Shown: positions 22,063 through 32,000, numbered from the stretch's first letter. The stretch: DNA of 32,000 nucleotides from Gemmata obscuriglobus (GCF_008065095.1 NZ_CP042911.1:6030001-6062000); one strand, 5' to 3'. Notes: generated by a model not told the origin, from the sequence alone. Numbers and translations are program-made.

Positions 22063-25000
22063 TCAGCGGGTGATGTAGAACGACGCCTTCACGTTCCCGA
22101 CTAGCGCACCAGTCAGCGTCGGGCCGACGTTGTCCGACGCATTGAACGTGAAAACCAAGTCCTGGAACAGGTTCGGCGACGCGAGCAGGTCGGTTCCCCG
22201 GAACACCGGCCGGATTAGGGTTCCGCTGTAGGTGGCCCGAACACCGTCCATCCCACCCAGGTAAACATCGATGTCGGTGGACTGGTTCCCGTTGTTCTCG
22301 CCGAAGTCCGACTCCGCCAGCGCGCCTTCGATCGCGAAAATGTCGTCCTTGGTCATGCTGAATGTAACCGACCGAAGGCTCTGGGGGATGTAGCTGGCGA
22401 ACCGGAACGCGTTCGGTCCCGCCGCGAACCCGATCCCGAAGGCGCCGCCGTTGAAAAATCCGCCCGGACCCGGGTCGGGGAGCAGTCTCTCGGTGAAACT
22501 GAACTCGTTGGTGAGGTCGGAGCGCAGCGGGGCCGTGATCCGAACGCCCGCTCGGATGGCCGACGTGAAGTCGTCGCTCAGCCCGCTCGGCTTCAACCTG
22601 TCCGGTCGCCGGACGCCCAGGTCGAAGCCGACCTCGCCGTTCCCGGTCGTGTCCCCGTCCTCGGTCAGGGTCAGCTCGTTGTAGACGACCGTGACCAGGA
22701 AGTCCTCGACCAGCGGGTTCGACCCCAGGCTGAACTCGACGCCGTCGTCACGGGCGTCGTCGTCGGTGTTCCCGTCGTTCGGGTCGGAGCGGAACGCGCC
22801 GCCGTTGAAGTTGAACTCCTGGCCGTCCACTACCCCGTCGAAGTCGGCATCGGCCTCGATCGGGCTGCTGTACACCCGGTACGGCGTGCGACCGACGGGC
22901 CGCACCACCCAGCGGTTCGCCTCGACGTCCGTCAGCTCGGCCTCGGCCCCGTCGGAGCGCAAGTCGTTGTCGGTGTCGGCGTCGAGCGGGTTGGTCTTGA
23001 TGATCCCGAGGTTCCGGCCGCCGACCTCGTGGCCCAGCGTGTAGCCCTGATACTCGACCCGGTCGGGGATGCCGTCCCCGTCCGTGTCGTTCGACAGCGG
23101 GTCGGTCTTGAGGAAGAACTCCTCGTAGTCGGTCAGCCCGTCGCCGTCGCTGTCCACCGCGTCGGTCCGGGACGTGCGGGTCACCGTCGTCGATGCCCCG
23201 TTCTGGAGGGGCGTCGTGCTGACCCCGTCCGTGGTCACCCGCCACCCGGCGCGCTCGACCGGGTCCGGCAGGCCGTCGCCGTCGTTGTCGGTGTCGTTGC
23301 TGTCTCTGGGGTCCAGCCCGACCCGTCGCTCGAACCCGTCGGAGAACGGGTCGGCGTCGGTGAACGGGGTGGTGGGGTTGGTCTGGACGTTTCTGAGCGT
23401 CGTACCGTCGATCAGGCGGGTGACGGTGAACCCGATGATCTCCGTCGCGTCGTCGATGCCGTCGCCGTCGGTGTCCTTCAGGATCGGGTCGAGGGCGTAG
23501 TCGGCGGCGTTCAGTTTGAACACCTCCCCTTCGTCCCGCAGGCCGTTGTTGTTGGCGTCGTTCCAACCGCCCGGGGCGGCGTCGGCGTCGGACCCGGTGT
23601 ACTCCAGCCGGTCCACGACGCCGTCGCCGTCGGAGTCCACGCCGGGCACGGGCGCGTCGAAGTTCGAGTCGGCCCGGTTGGGCGACGAGTACACCTGGTA
23701 GGTGCGCTGGGGCGTGGTCACCTGCCAGCCGATCAGCGCCTCGAAGCGGTCGTCCAGGCCGTCGCCGTCGGTGTCCTTCTTCAGATCCGAGGTGCGCAGG
23801 AGGTACTCCACGTCCGCCGGCAGCCCGTCGTCGTCGACGTCCTGCACGTAGTTCAGGCTCACCCCGTTCCGGCTGGTCAGGACCGTGCGCTCCAGGTCGG
23901 CGTCCCGCACGATGCCCTTCGGGCCGATTAACTGCCAGTAGCGGCCAGTGGCGGCGTCGTTGGCGATCCCGCGGACGCGGACGATCCGCTCCAGCCCGTT
24001 CACCACCTGGGTCGAGTAGCTGTTCCGCACCTGCTCCGGCGTCAGGTTGGCGGTCGGGGTGGCGGCCTCGTCGTACCGGGTCAGGCCGATGGACGACATC
24101 GCCTGGTGGAAGGTGATGCCCACCAGGTTGCCCTTGGTGTCGAACGTGACGCGGCGGTCGGGCACGAACGTGGCGTCGGCGGCGGTCACCCGCCCGTCGC
24201 CGGTGGCGTCGATGCCCAGCGCGTTGCCCCGGGCGTCGAACAGCTCCCGCGGGGTGAAATCGACCTTGCCGTCGCCGTTGGTGTCGGCGACCGCCCGCCC
24301 GGTGGCGGTGGCGACGCGGTACGACTCCACCTGCGGGACGCGGGCCGCGTCGAACGGCTCGCCGTTGATCTGGGCGAGCAGCTGGTTGGCCCCGCCGAAG
24401 TCGATCAGCACGGCGGCCGTCCGCTCGACCACGTCCTGCGAGACGAAGGCGAAGTTGCGGCCCGGCTCGCCGCCCCGCCCCTCGGTCACCACGTCGTAGT
24501 TCGACAGCCGGAAGATGAGGCCGGTGGAGTTCGCCATCAGGCTCTCGACCAGGCTCGGGATGACGGTCGTGTTCTTGAAGATGATCGGGCCGCGGTTGGG
24601 CACCAGCGGCCCCAGGGCGAAGCCGGAGGACGGCTCGAACTCCGGCACCAGGGTGGCGACCGGGGTCAGCCGCGTGTGGTCCTGCGGGTCGAGGATGAGC
24701 GCCGTGACCTGCAAGTTCTTGATGCTGAAAGCCAGGTCGCTGAGGTTGCGGAGGCTGACGGCCGCCTGCATACTGGCCCCGACGACGGTGCGCTCGGCAA
24801 CGAACCCGTTCGTCACCTCCCGCTCGGTCTGCAGCGACTTCTCGTACTCCTTGCGGTTCTCCTCGGCCGACTCCTTTGTGTTGTTGTAGGTGTAGCCGGC
24901 GGTGAGGCCGATCTCGGTCTCGACGCCCTCGCCGCCGATCGTGAAATTGAGGCCGGCCTCGACGTTGGCCGTGTGTTGCACGGTTGCGGTGTTGGTGGTG

Positions 25001-27495
25001 GCGTTGGTCAAGTTGCTGCGGACCGTTTCGACCCCCAGGTCGCGGGTCTCGCGGTTGTTGGTCTCGGTGAACCGCACGTCGAGCGACAGGCTCACCCCGC
25101 CGATTGAGATGTCCGGCCGGGGCAGGTCGGCGACGAGGATGTTGCGCGGCCCGCCGAGCGGAATCTCGACCCCGTCGGGGATCTGGTCGCCGTCGGTGTC
25201 GGCGAACACCGGCGAGCTCTTGACGCCCAGGAACTCGGTGCCGTCATCCACCCCGTCGCCGTCGCTGTCGCCCTTCAGGTGGTCGCTGAAGATCTCGGTG
25301 TACTCCTGCCAGTCGGTGAGCAGGTCGTCGTCCGAGTCCTGGTCCCGCGGGTCCAGCCGGAGTTGGGCTTCGACGTTGTCGGTGAACCCGTCCCCGTCGG
25401 TGTCCGCGAGGAACGGGTCACTGGTCACCCAGCGGCTCTGCGTCACCCCGCTGGCCGGGGTGACGGTGACCAGCCAGCCGCGCAGCTCGTCGTTGTCGGT
25501 CAAGCCGTCCCCGTCGGTGTCTACCAGGAGCGCGCCGCCCGGGGGCGTGCCGCGGAACGTGGCCTGGGACGGGTCCACCCGGCCGCCGGAGGTGACGGTC
25601 GGCGGCCCGAACGGGTTACCGGCCAGGTCGGTCAGCCCGAACGCGGTAACCGTGTAGCTCAGCTCGTTCTGGGAGCTGGTGTTCAGCTCGACGACGCGGC
25701 GGTCGCCGTTGAAGAACCGCGGCGCCAGGGCGGCCTCCCCGGGCCGGTCACCGAGCACCCGCGCGCCGCCGGCTTCCGGCCCGGTCGTTGTCTGGGCGAT
25801 CCGGTAGAACGCCGGGTTCAGGGCCGAATCGGCCATCGCCTCGCTGAACGACACCAGCACCTTCGTGTTGCCCAGCGAGGTGGCGCCGACCACCCGCGGC
25901 GGGGCGGTGTCCGGGCCGACGTCGTTGACCGGCGTGCCCGCGGCCACCTCGGCCGCGTCGCCCACGTTGTCCCCGTCGGTGTCCTGGGACAGCGGGTTGC
26001 TCCGCAGCTCGATCACCTCCCGGATGTCGGTCAGGGTGTCGGCGTCGCTATCGGCCTGCCGCGGGTCGGTGCCCAGCCCCTTCTCGCGGCGGTCGTCGAG
26101 GCCGTCGCCGTCGGTGTCGGGGCGCAGCGGGCTGCTGGTCACGGGGCGGCTGACCTGCGCCCCGTTGAGCTTCGTGACGGTCACCGTCCAGCCGGCCAGC
26201 TCCTCGCCGTCGGTCAGGTCGTCGCCGTCGGTGTCGGCCTTGAGCGGGTCGCTGCCGACCTCCAGCTCGCGAGCGTCCGCGGCGCCGTCCACGTCGGTGT
26301 CGGTCGCACTCGGGTCGGTGCCGAGCGCCTTCTCGCGGGAGTCGTCCAGCCCGTCGCCGTCGGTGTCGGCCTTCAGAGGGTTACTTGTCACCTGGCGGGT
26401 GGCGGTGATGCCGTTGGCCGCGGTGAAGCTCACGGTCCGGGCGATCGCCTCGGCCGGGTCGGCGATCATGTCGCCGTCGGTGTCGGCCGCGGTCGGGTCG
26501 CTGCCCAGGAGCCGCTCCTGGGCGTCCTCAATGCCGTCACCGTCGGTGTCCTTCTTGGTCGGGTCGCTGGTCACCGGGCGGGTCGCGGTGGTGCCGTCCG
26601 CCAGGGTGACGGTGACCGCCCACCCGGTCCGCTCCTGGTCGTCGGTGAGGCCGTCCCCGTCGGTGTCCACGGCGGGCGCCGGTGCCGGTATCGGACCCGC
26701 CCCGACCGGGTTCGGCGCCGGGTCCGATACCGGCACCGGGGCCGCGGCCCGGGCCAGCGCCTGAAACTGGTTCTCCGCGGACGATGCGATCAGGGCCGCG
26801 AGGTCGGTGAGGGTCTGCGCGCCGGCGCTCAAGGCGCTCGCCATGTTCTGGAGCGACCCGGCGTCGGCCGGGCGGCCGAGGTACCGCTGGAACAGGCCGT
26901 TCACCTCGACCCGGGACCGCTCGGGACTGCTCACGAACGCGCCGATCAGTTCCGCGCGGGGGCGCCCGGTGGCGAGCAGGCCGGTGTAGTGCGCGGTCTC
27001 GTCGGCCCCGGGCGCCCGGCCCAGGACCGCCTGATACAGGGCCTTCACGAAGTCGGCGTTGTCGGCGTTGCGGACCCCGAACTCGGCCGAGCCGAGCAGC
27101 GCGGTCAGCGCCTGCCGCTCCGAGCCCCCGCTCTGGAGCAGCGCCACCAGCCCCTGCGAGGCGGCGTCGGCGGGGCGCCCGAGGGCCGCCTGGTACAGGT
27201 CGTTCACCTGCCGGGCGCGATGCTCCGCGGACACCAGAAAGCCCCGGGCGACGGCGTCCGGGCTGAGGCCGGACTGGAGCTTGACCACCCACGGGTTCAC
27301 CTCGCCCGGGGTCGCGTCGCGGCCCAGGATCTCGGTGTAGAAGTTGCCCACCACCGTCGCCTCGATGCCGGGGGCCACCAGGGCGGCGGGCACCTCGCGG
27401 GCTTCGAGCGCTTCGAGCGCGAGTCCCGGGCGCGGAGCGCGGGGCTCGCGCTCGGGTGCGGTCAGGTCGGGGAGCAATTGACGGATCGGGTTCAT
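22063..27495 (-). CDS. giant secreted/surface protein: four DUF4214-like repeats + ~30 thrombospondin type 3 (calcium-binding) repeats + unknown C-terminal region
   Basis: 1810-aa ORF. The N-terminus is ...LALEALEAREVPAAL. The DUF4214-like units are FYTEILGRDATPGEV, LYQAALGRPADAAS, LYQAVLGRAPGADE and LFQRYLGRPADAGS. DTDGDG[LI].D..E-type motifs recur throughout. Confidence 0.9.
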   Translation of the reverse strand: MNPIRQLLPDLTAPEREPRAPRPGLALEALEAREVPAALVAPGIEATVVGNFYTEILGRDATPGEVNPWVVKLQSGLSPDAVARGFLVSAEHRARQVNDLYQAALGRPADAASQGLVALLQSGGSERQALTALLGSAEFGVRNADNADFVKALYQAVLGRAPGADETAHYTGLLATGRPRAELIGAFVSSPERSRVEVNGLFQRYLGRPADAGSLQNMASALSAGAQTLTDLAALIASSAENQFQALARAAAPVPVSDPAPNPVGAGPIPAPAPAVDTDGDGLTDDQERTGWAVTVTLADGTTATRPVTSDPTKKDTDGDGIEDAQERLLGSDPTAADTDGDMIADPAEAIARTVSFTAANGITATRQVTSNPLKADTDGDGLDDSREKALGTDPSATDTDVDGAADARELEVGSDPLKADTDGDDLTDGEELAGWTVTVTKLNGAQVSRPVTSSPLRPDTDGDGLDDRREKGLGTDPRQADSDADTLTDIREVIELRSNPLSQDTDGDNVGDAAEVAAGTPVNDVGPDTAPPRVVGATSLGNTKVLVSFSEAMADSALNPAFYRIAQTTTGPEAGGARVLGDRPGEAALAPRFFNGDRRVVELNTSSQNELSYTVTAFGLTDLAGNPFGPPTVTSGGRVDPSQATFRGTPPGGALLVDTDGDGLTDNDELRGWLVTVTPASGVTQSRWVTSDPFLADTDGDGFTDNVEAQLRLDPRDQDSDDDLLTDWQEYTEIFSDHLKGDSDGDGVDDGTEFLGVKSSPVFADTDGDQIPDGVEIPLGGPRNILVADLPRPDISIGGVSLSLDVRFTETNNRETRDLGVETVRSNLTNATTNTATVQHTANVEAGLNFTIGGEGVETEIGLTAGYTYNNTKESAEENRKEYEKSLQTEREVTNGFVAERTVVGASMQAAVSLRNLSDLAFSIKNLQVTALILDPQDHTRLTPVATLVPEFEPSSGFALGPLVPNRGPIIFKNTTVIPSLVESLMANSTGLIFRLSNYDVVTEGRGGEPGRNFAFVSQDVVERTAAVLIDFGGANQLLAQINGEPFDAARVPQVESYRVATATGRAVADTNGDGKVDFTPRELFDARGNALGIDATGDGRVTAADATFVPDRRVTFDTKGNLVGITFHQAMSSIGLTRYDEAATPTANLTPEQVRNSYSTQVVNGLERIVRVRGIANDAATGRYWQLIGPKGIVRDADLERTVLTSRNGVSLNYVQDVDDDGLPADVEYLLRTSDLKKDTDGDGLDDRFEALIGWQVTTPQRTYQVYSSPNRADSNFDAPVPGVDSDGDGVVDRLEYTGSDADAAPGGWNDANNNGLRDEGEVFKLNAADYALDPILKDTDGDGIDDATEIIGFTVTRLIDGTTLRNVQTNPTTPFTDADPFSDGFERRVGLDPRDSNDTDNDGDGLPDPVERAGWRVTTDGVSTTPLQNGASTTVTRTSRTDAVDSDGDGLTDYEEFFLKTDPLSNDTDGDGIPDRVEYQGYTLGHEVGGRNLGIIKTNPLDADTDNDLRSDGAEAELTDVEANRWVVRPVGRTPYRVYSSPIEADADFDGVVDGQEFNFNGGAFRSDPNDGNTDDDARDDGVEFSLGSNPLVEDFLVTVVYNELTLTEDGDTTGNGEVGFDLGVRRPDRLKPSGLSDDFTSAIRAGVRITAPLRSDLTNEFSFTERLLPDPGPGGFFNGGAFGIGFAAGPNAFRFASYIPQSLRSVTFSMTKDDIFAIEGALAESDFGENNGNQSTDIDVYLGGMDGVRATYSGTLIRPVFRGTDLLASPNLFQDLVFTFNASDNVGPTLTGALVGNVKASFYITR

Positions 27496-27697
27496 TGCGG
27501 GTTCTCGCGTGGTGCCCGGTGGGCGGCAGTATCGGCTTGAGGGGGCCGGTCGGGATGCGGACGGCCTGCCCGGACACTACCAATGCGAAAACCGGCTGCG
27601 CGCTTCGCCACCGAAAAGAGAAATGCGGTGAGAGGTGAACGTGTTCCAGGCGCGTGGGAGCGCCGCGCCCGCAACCGACGGCTTCTGACCGAACGGG

Positions 27698-30600
27698 TTA
27701 TTCGGGCAGTCGGATGATCGCGACCCGGCCGTCGCGCAGCCCGACGGCCGCGTATCGGCTGTGGCCGGCGACGGCCGCGCAGGTCGGCGCCCCGAGCGCG
27801 TGCAGTTCGGTCGTGTTGCGGCACCGCCCGGCTGCGTCCGCGTCCCAGGTGCGCACGGTGCCGTCCGCGCTCGCGGTGACGAGCCGGTCCCCGAGCGTGT
27901 GGAAGGCGAGCGCCAGGATGCTGCCCTTGTGCCCGCGCAGCGCCTCCCGCGAGTCCCCGGTTGCGGCGTCCCACCGCCGGACCACGTCGAAGTTGGTTGC
28001 GACGTTCGCAACGGCGACCTGGTTGCCGCCGGGGGACACCGCGAGGCACCGCTGCCACGAGGTGCTGATCGCCCCGCCCGCGGCACCGGTCTTCGGGTCG
28101 ATCACCTGCACCACCTGGCCGTCCCGCGCGGCCAGCGCGCGGCCGGCGCCGCTGAACGCCAGTTCCTGAATTCGCCCCAGGCCGAACCGCAGTTCCCCGG
28201 CGCGGGCGCCGGTGCGCGGGTCGTACAGGTTGACCGCTCCGGCCTCCGAGCCGCCGACCGCCAGCACCGCTCCCGACGGGTCGAACGCGAGGCCGGCGCC
28301 GTCCCCGGAATTGCCGGGCAACTCGCGCAGGTGGCGCCCGGTGGCCGCGTCCCACAGCGCGACCGTGCCGTCGCGCGGGCCGAACGTTGCCAGTAGCTTC
28401 CCGTCCGGGCTGAAGGCCAGTGCGCGGGCCGGCAGCGCGCGCTTCCCCAGGAACCGCGGGCCCGCGGACCCGCCGGCCGCGAGGCGCTCGAAGTCCCACA
28501 CCCGGAGGGTGCCGTCCGCGCCGGCGGTTGCGACGGCGCGTGCGTCCGGGCTGAGCGCGACGGCCGCGACCGCGGTGTCGTCGTCGCCCGGCGGGTACAC
28601 CTCCGTGCCGCTCGGGGCGTCGAACACCCTCACCCGATCCCAGCGCGGGTGAGCGGCCACGACGAACACCGTCCGCCCGTCCGCACTCACCTCGAAGAAG
28701 AGGTTGCTGCCGGTCACCCGAACCGGGTGGGTCGCGACCGGCTTCCCGGTGGCCAGGTTCCAGCGCGTGAACCGCTGCCCGGAGTTGTTGAAGTAGAAGC
28801 CGCCCGCGGTGAGCAACCCGTGCCCGTCCGGGGCAAACGCGAGCAACCCCTTACCCGGCGCCGGGAGCGCGTGGAGCACTTTGAAAGAGTCCTCCGTCCC
28901 GGGGGCGGCCTCGTGAACGAGCGTGCCCTCGTCGTCCGCGACCGCGAGCCGCGAGCCGTCCGCGCTCCAGGCGACGGCCTCGTACCGCTTCAGCCCCCTC
29001 AACGTGGCGACCCGCCCGCCCGCGTCTGGGACGTACACGTCGCACCCGTCGAAGAAGGAGGTGACCGCGAGCCGCTTGCCGTCGGGCCGGAAGGCGAGGT
29101 GCGTCAGACGCTGCGGCAAGCGGCTCAGGACGCGGTGCAGTTTTACCTCCGGCGGTTGTGGGGAGCGGTCATCGACCGTCCAGACGATGACCGCGGGGGA
29201 CGGCTCGCCGGCGGTGAGCGGCGCGTCGCCCGCGGTCGCGAGCCACTTGCCGTCGGGGCTGAACGCGGCGGCGAACACACGGCCCTTGTGCTCCTCCAGC
29301 ATCCGTTCCAGTTTCCCGGTGGCGACGTTCCAGAGTCGCACTGCACTGTCGCCGCCCCCGGACACGAACCACTTGCCGTCGGGGCTGAACGCCGCGCGGG
29401 TGCCGCGATGAACCGGCTCCCGCGGCCCTGGTTCTCGGACGTTGCCGGTCAGAGTCTGGACCGTCACCCCGGACCGGGCGTCCAGGATCAGGACACGCTC
29501 CCCGCACAGGACGGCGAGCCGCTCGCCGTCGGCGCTGCGGACCGGCCAACTCGCCGCTTCTGGGGTCTCCGGGACTCGAAACGGGAGCGGATTCGAGAGG
29601 GCGATCACGACCCAGGGCGGCAACCCGGTGCCCGAACCGGCGGCCGCGAGTGCCTCCAGGGGGTGCGGCCGCGCCGGCCCCGGCGGGTGCAGGGTCGGCG
29701 CGGCTTGGGCCGGCCCCGGCGGCGCAGGCGGTTCCGCGATCGAAATTCCCTCCGGGACCGCGCCGCGGTCGCGGCCCGGGGCGAACGCGAGCAGCGTCGC
29801 GGTCGCGCAAGCGACCAACCCCAGCACGACCGAACTGCGGAACCACGGGCGCCGGGCGCGGGGCGCGCGCGCCGGTTCGCCCTCGCCTTTTTGGAGCCGG
29901 TCCAGGTGACGCGCGAGAACCGCGGCGACCTCGGCGGCCGATTGGTAGCGATCGGCCGGCGCCTTGGCGTGCAACTTGGCGACGACCGCGGCCAGCCAGC
30001 GCGGGACACCGGGGTTCACCTCGGGGAGCGGGGTGGGGTGGGCTTCGCACACGCGCCTGAGCACGGCCATCGCGCTCGCCGCGTGGAACGGGGGGCGCCC
30101 GGCGCACAGCGTGTACAGCACACTTCCAAGGCTGAACAGGTCGGTGCGGTGGTCGAGCGGCGAGCCGTCGGCCTGCTCGGGAGACATGAACGCGGGGGTC
30201 CCGGCGATCAGCCCCGACTGTGTCAGGCTGGCGTCGTCGGCGGCCCGGGCCAGTCCGAAGTCGGTGATCTTAACGCGGTCGGGGGCTCGCTCTAGCAGGA
30301 TGTTGGCCGGTTTTACGTCCCGGTGGATCAGCCCCTGCTCGTGCGCCGCGGCGAGGCCGCTGGCGATCTGGAGTCCGATGCGGAGCACGTCTCGCACCGG
30401 CAGCGGGCCATCGCGAACGACCTTGGCCTGGAGCGTCGGCCCGTCGACGAACGACATGACCAGGTACGGCACCGGCCCGGCAGGCTCGACGGCGTGGATG
30501 TCGATCACGTTCTCGTGGACGACGGCCGCCGCGATTTGGGCTTCGCGGACGAACCGCTGCCGCGCCGACCCGCTCCCGGCCAGCGCCGGGCTGAGCACCT

Positions 30601-30961
30601 TGATGGCCACGACCCGCTGCAACTTCTCGTCGAACGCGCGGAACACCACCCCGGCGCCGCCGCGGCCCACCACCTCGAGCACCTCATAGTGGCCGAGTCG
30701 CCCGAGTGCGTCCGCTCGCGCCGGGGGGCCGAGGACGGAGAGCGTGTGTTCGTCGGTCGACCCCTGCGGGGTCATCAAGTCGCCCGCGAGTTGCTCGGCC
30801 ACGGGCACGTTCAGGAAGGTGTCCGAGGTGCTGGCCCGGAGCAGTGCGTCGATCCGGCCGCGGAGGGCCTGGTCGCCGCCGCACGCGGCGTCCAGGTACG
30901 CGCCCCGGTCGGCCGGCGCGGGCCGGTTCAGGGCCTCGAGGAAAATGTCGCGCTCGCGCAC
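27698..30961 (-). CDS. Ser/Thr protein kinase - transmembrane helix - WD40 repeat protein
   Basis: GTG start at 30959-30961. Kinase motifs: GRGGAGVVFRA...AIKVL, HRDVKPANILL, DFGLAR, GTPAFMSPEQ. TM helix: VVLGLVACATATLLAF. The C-terminal ~600 aa carry WD40 units (VRLWN, LRVWD, VALWD, VRTWD). Confidence 0.9.
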   Translation of the reverse strand: MRERDIFLEALNRPAPADRGAYLDAACGGDQALRGRIDALLRASTSDTFLNVPVAEQLAGDLMTPQGSTDEHTLSVLGPPARADALGRLGHYEVLEVVGRGGAGVVFRAFDEKLQRVVAIKVLSPALAGSGSARQRFVREAQIAAAVVHENVIDIHAVEPAGPVPYLVMSFVDGPTLQAKVVRDGPLPVRDVLRIGLQIASGLAAAHEQGLIHRDVKPANILLERAPDRVKITDFGLARAADDASLTQSGLIAGTPAFMSPEQADGSPLDHRTDLFSLGSVLYTLCAGRPPFHAASAMAVLRRVCEAHPTPLPEVNPGVPRWLAAVVAKLHAKAPADRYQSAAEVAAVLARHLDRLQKGEGEPARAPRARRPWFRSSVVLGLVACATATLLAFAPGRDRGAVPEGISIAEPPAPPGPAQAAPTLHPPGPARPHPLEALAAAGSGTGLPPWVVIALSNPLPFRVPETPEAASWPVRSADGERLAVLCGERVLILDARSGVTVQTLTGNVREPGPREPVHRGTRAAFSPDGKWFVSGGGDSAVRLWNVATGKLERMLEEHKGRVFAAAFSPDGKWLATAGDAPLTAGEPSPAVIVWTVDDRSPQPPEVKLHRVLSRLPQRLTHLAFRPDGKRLAVTSFFDGCDVYVPDAGGRVATLRGLKRYEAVAWSADGSRLAVADDEGTLVHEAAPGTEDSFKVLHALPAPGKGLLAFAPDGHGLLTAGGFYFNNSGQRFTRWNLATGKPVATHPVRVTGSNLFFEVSADGRTVFVVAAHPRWDRVRVFDAPSGTEVYPPGDDDTAVAAVALSPDARAVATAGADGTLRVWDFERLAAGGSAGPRFLGKRALPARALAFSPDGKLLATFGPRDGTVALWDAATGRHLRELPGNSGDGAGLAFDPSGAVLAVGGSEAGAVNLYDPRTGARAGELRFGLGRIQELAFSGAGRALAARDGQVVQVIDPKTGAAGGAISTSWQRCLAVSPGGNQVAVANVATNFDVVRRWDAATGDSREALRGHKGSILALAFHTLGDRLVTASADGTVRTWDADAAGRCRNTTELHALGAPTCAAVAGHSRYAAVGLRDGRVAIIRLPE

Positions 30962-31060
30962 GTCGGTACCGTGGAATGGCCGTTAGCCCCGCGGCAGTGC
31001 GGGGCGTCCTTAACATGCGAAATCCGGTGCGCGTGTCCGCCAACTTTTTTGTCGCAGGCG

Positions 31061-31618
31061 TCACGCCTCGGGCCCGACAGCGTCCCGGAGCCAAGCGCGG
31101 GCGTACGCCCACAGCCGGTCCGCGGTCCGCGGCGAGACGCCCATCGCCGCCGCGCACTCGGCCAGAGACAGCCCCGCGAAGTACCGGAGGTGAACGAGCT
31201 TTGCGGCCTCGGGGTCGATCCCGGCGAAGCGGTCCAGCGCCTCATTGAGCGCAAGGAGGTCTTCCTTCAGCTCGGGCACCGTGACCGCGTCCGGGTCGAG
31301 GTCACGGCGGGTGTGGTCGCCGCCCCGCTTGAGGCTCTCCTTGCGCCGGGCCGCCTCGACGAGGATGCGGCGCATGGCCTCGCCGGCAGCGGCGAAGAAG
31401 TGGCCGCGCCCCTCCCACCCGAGGCCCTCTCCGCCGACGAGGCGCAAGAACGCTTCATGGACTAGTGCCGTCGGCTGGAGCGTTTGTCCGGGCGCCTCGC
31501 GCGCGAGGCGGGCGGCGGCGAGTTGGCGCAGTTCCTCGTAGACGAGCGGCAGCAGTTCCGCAGTGGCCTGCCGGTCGCCGGCAGCCGCGGCGCTGAGCAA
31601 CTGTGTAACTTCGGACAT
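31061..31618 (-). CDS. ECF-type sigma factor of the kinase-associated group
   Basis: 185 aa. The N-terminus VTQLLSAAAAGDRQATAELLPLVYEELRQLAAARLAREAPGQTLQPTALVHEAFLRL and the region-4 HTH GLSLAECAAAMGVSPRTADRLWAYARAWL match the ECF family that sits next to Ser/Thr kinases in Planctomycetota. Confidence 0.9.
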   Translation of the reverse strand: MSEVTQLLSAAAAGDRQATAELLPLVYEELRQLAAARLAREAPGQTLQPTALVHEAFLRLVGGEGLGWEGRGHFFAAAGEAMRRILVEAARRKESLKRGGDHTRRDLDPDAVTVPELKEDLLALNEALDRFAGIDPEAAKLVHLRYFAGLSLAECAAAMGVSPRTADRLWAYARAWLRDAVGPEA

Positions 31619-31871
31619 GCCGCACGGTTACCAGGATGCGATAATTGGTTTAATTTTCTCATCATGCGCCGAGCGCCTTGCTCGGTCAAGGTCGCGCCGA
31701 GACCTGCGCCCCCCTGGATCTGACTGGGGCAGTGGGGACGACGGCCGCATGCCAGACCGAGCCCCTCGACCTGGGTGTATGACAGGGTTTGCGTCTGGTG
31801 GGTATTGGACTATCTTGGTCCGTGGCAAATCCCCTTCCGCAGTTTGGCCCAAGTGCAAGGCAGGGCTACCG

Positions 31872-32000
31872 ATGGCGAAAAACAAACTGACGCCAGAGCA
31901 GCTCGGGGCCATCACAGATCTCGCCAAGCAGTGGGGTAAAATCGTCGCCAGGAGCGCCTACGGCGACAGTGGGCCGGGGCTCGATGTGGACTTCGACCAG
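31872..32000 (+). CDS. hypothetical protein, first 43 codons (continues past the right edge)
   Basis: The ATG at 31872 follows an AT-richer spacer. It reads MAKNKLTPEQLGAITDLAKQWGKIVARSAYGDSGPGLDVDFDQ with no stop before the window ends. It is absent from the ORF track because it is truncated. Confidence 0.4.
   Translation, partial: MAKNKLTPEQLGAITDLAKQWGKIVARSAYGDSGPGLDVDFDQ

Noticed and set aside
22063-27495. CRISPR-like or satellite repeat array suggested by recurring GACACCGACGGCGAC-type strings
   Set aside because: The repeats are in-frame coding repeats (TSP3 calcium-binding loops) of variable spacing inside one long ORF. There are no constant-length spacers and no cas genes.
25279-27540. 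753-aa plus-strand ORF, plus the other plus-strand ORFs across 22.4-27.5 kb and the minus-strand ORFs 22748..23566, 26537..27583
   Set aside because: These are shadows of the TSP3-repeat gene. The repeated GAC/GGC codons keep all frames open. Only the 22063..27495 frame yields the DxDxDG repeats and DUF4214 units.
27492-28499. 335-aa minus-strand ORF, plus ORFs 27577..28086, 28649..30295, 29169..30107
   Set aside because: These are alternative-frame or antisense shadows of the kinase-WD40 gene, with Arg/Gly/Pro-rich composition.

Overview
32 kb of very GC-rich DNA, about 70% G+C by eye. Stop-free shadow ORFs occur in every frame, so ORF length alone means little. I relied on motifs, amino-acid composition, third-position G/C and start/RBS context. 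All family names come from motif recognition by eye, since no database search was possible. Gene content suggests a Planctomycetota (Gemmata-like) chromosome (inference). The window falls into three blocks. (1) 1 to ~14.9 kb is a compact, almost entirely minus-strand phage- or plasmid-like integrated element with several ATGA stop/start overlaps. It encodes small HTH and zinc-ribbon proteins and a ParB-domain DNA methyltransferase split by a 287-codon intein. It also encodes a divergently transcribed HARE-HTH/histone-H1-like protein and a 1454-codon single-ORF replicase (PrimPol + DUF3987-type ATPase + 3'-5' exonuclease + family A polymerase). The replicase inter-domain linker carries six GGTGTGACA[C/G] sites. 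The element also encodes its own ECF-like sigma factor and, at its right edge, a DUF2924 / large serine recombinase / ParB-like-HTH operon. (2) 15.2-21.8 kb holds a membrane-anchored zinc-ribbon-WD40-caspase protein and a repeat- and hairpin-rich non-coding stretch with a tRNA 3'-half remnant. It also holds a decayed IS630-family element (TA duplication) that has itself been hit by an intact 1576-bp IS66-family element (8-bp duplication AAAAGTGG). (3) 22.1-31.6 kb holds an 1810-aa DUF4214 + thrombospondin-type-3-repeat protein, a Ser/Thr kinase-TM-WD40 protein and its partner ECF sigma factor. A further gene starts at 31872 and runs off the window. I saw no rRNA, intact tRNA or CRISPR array.
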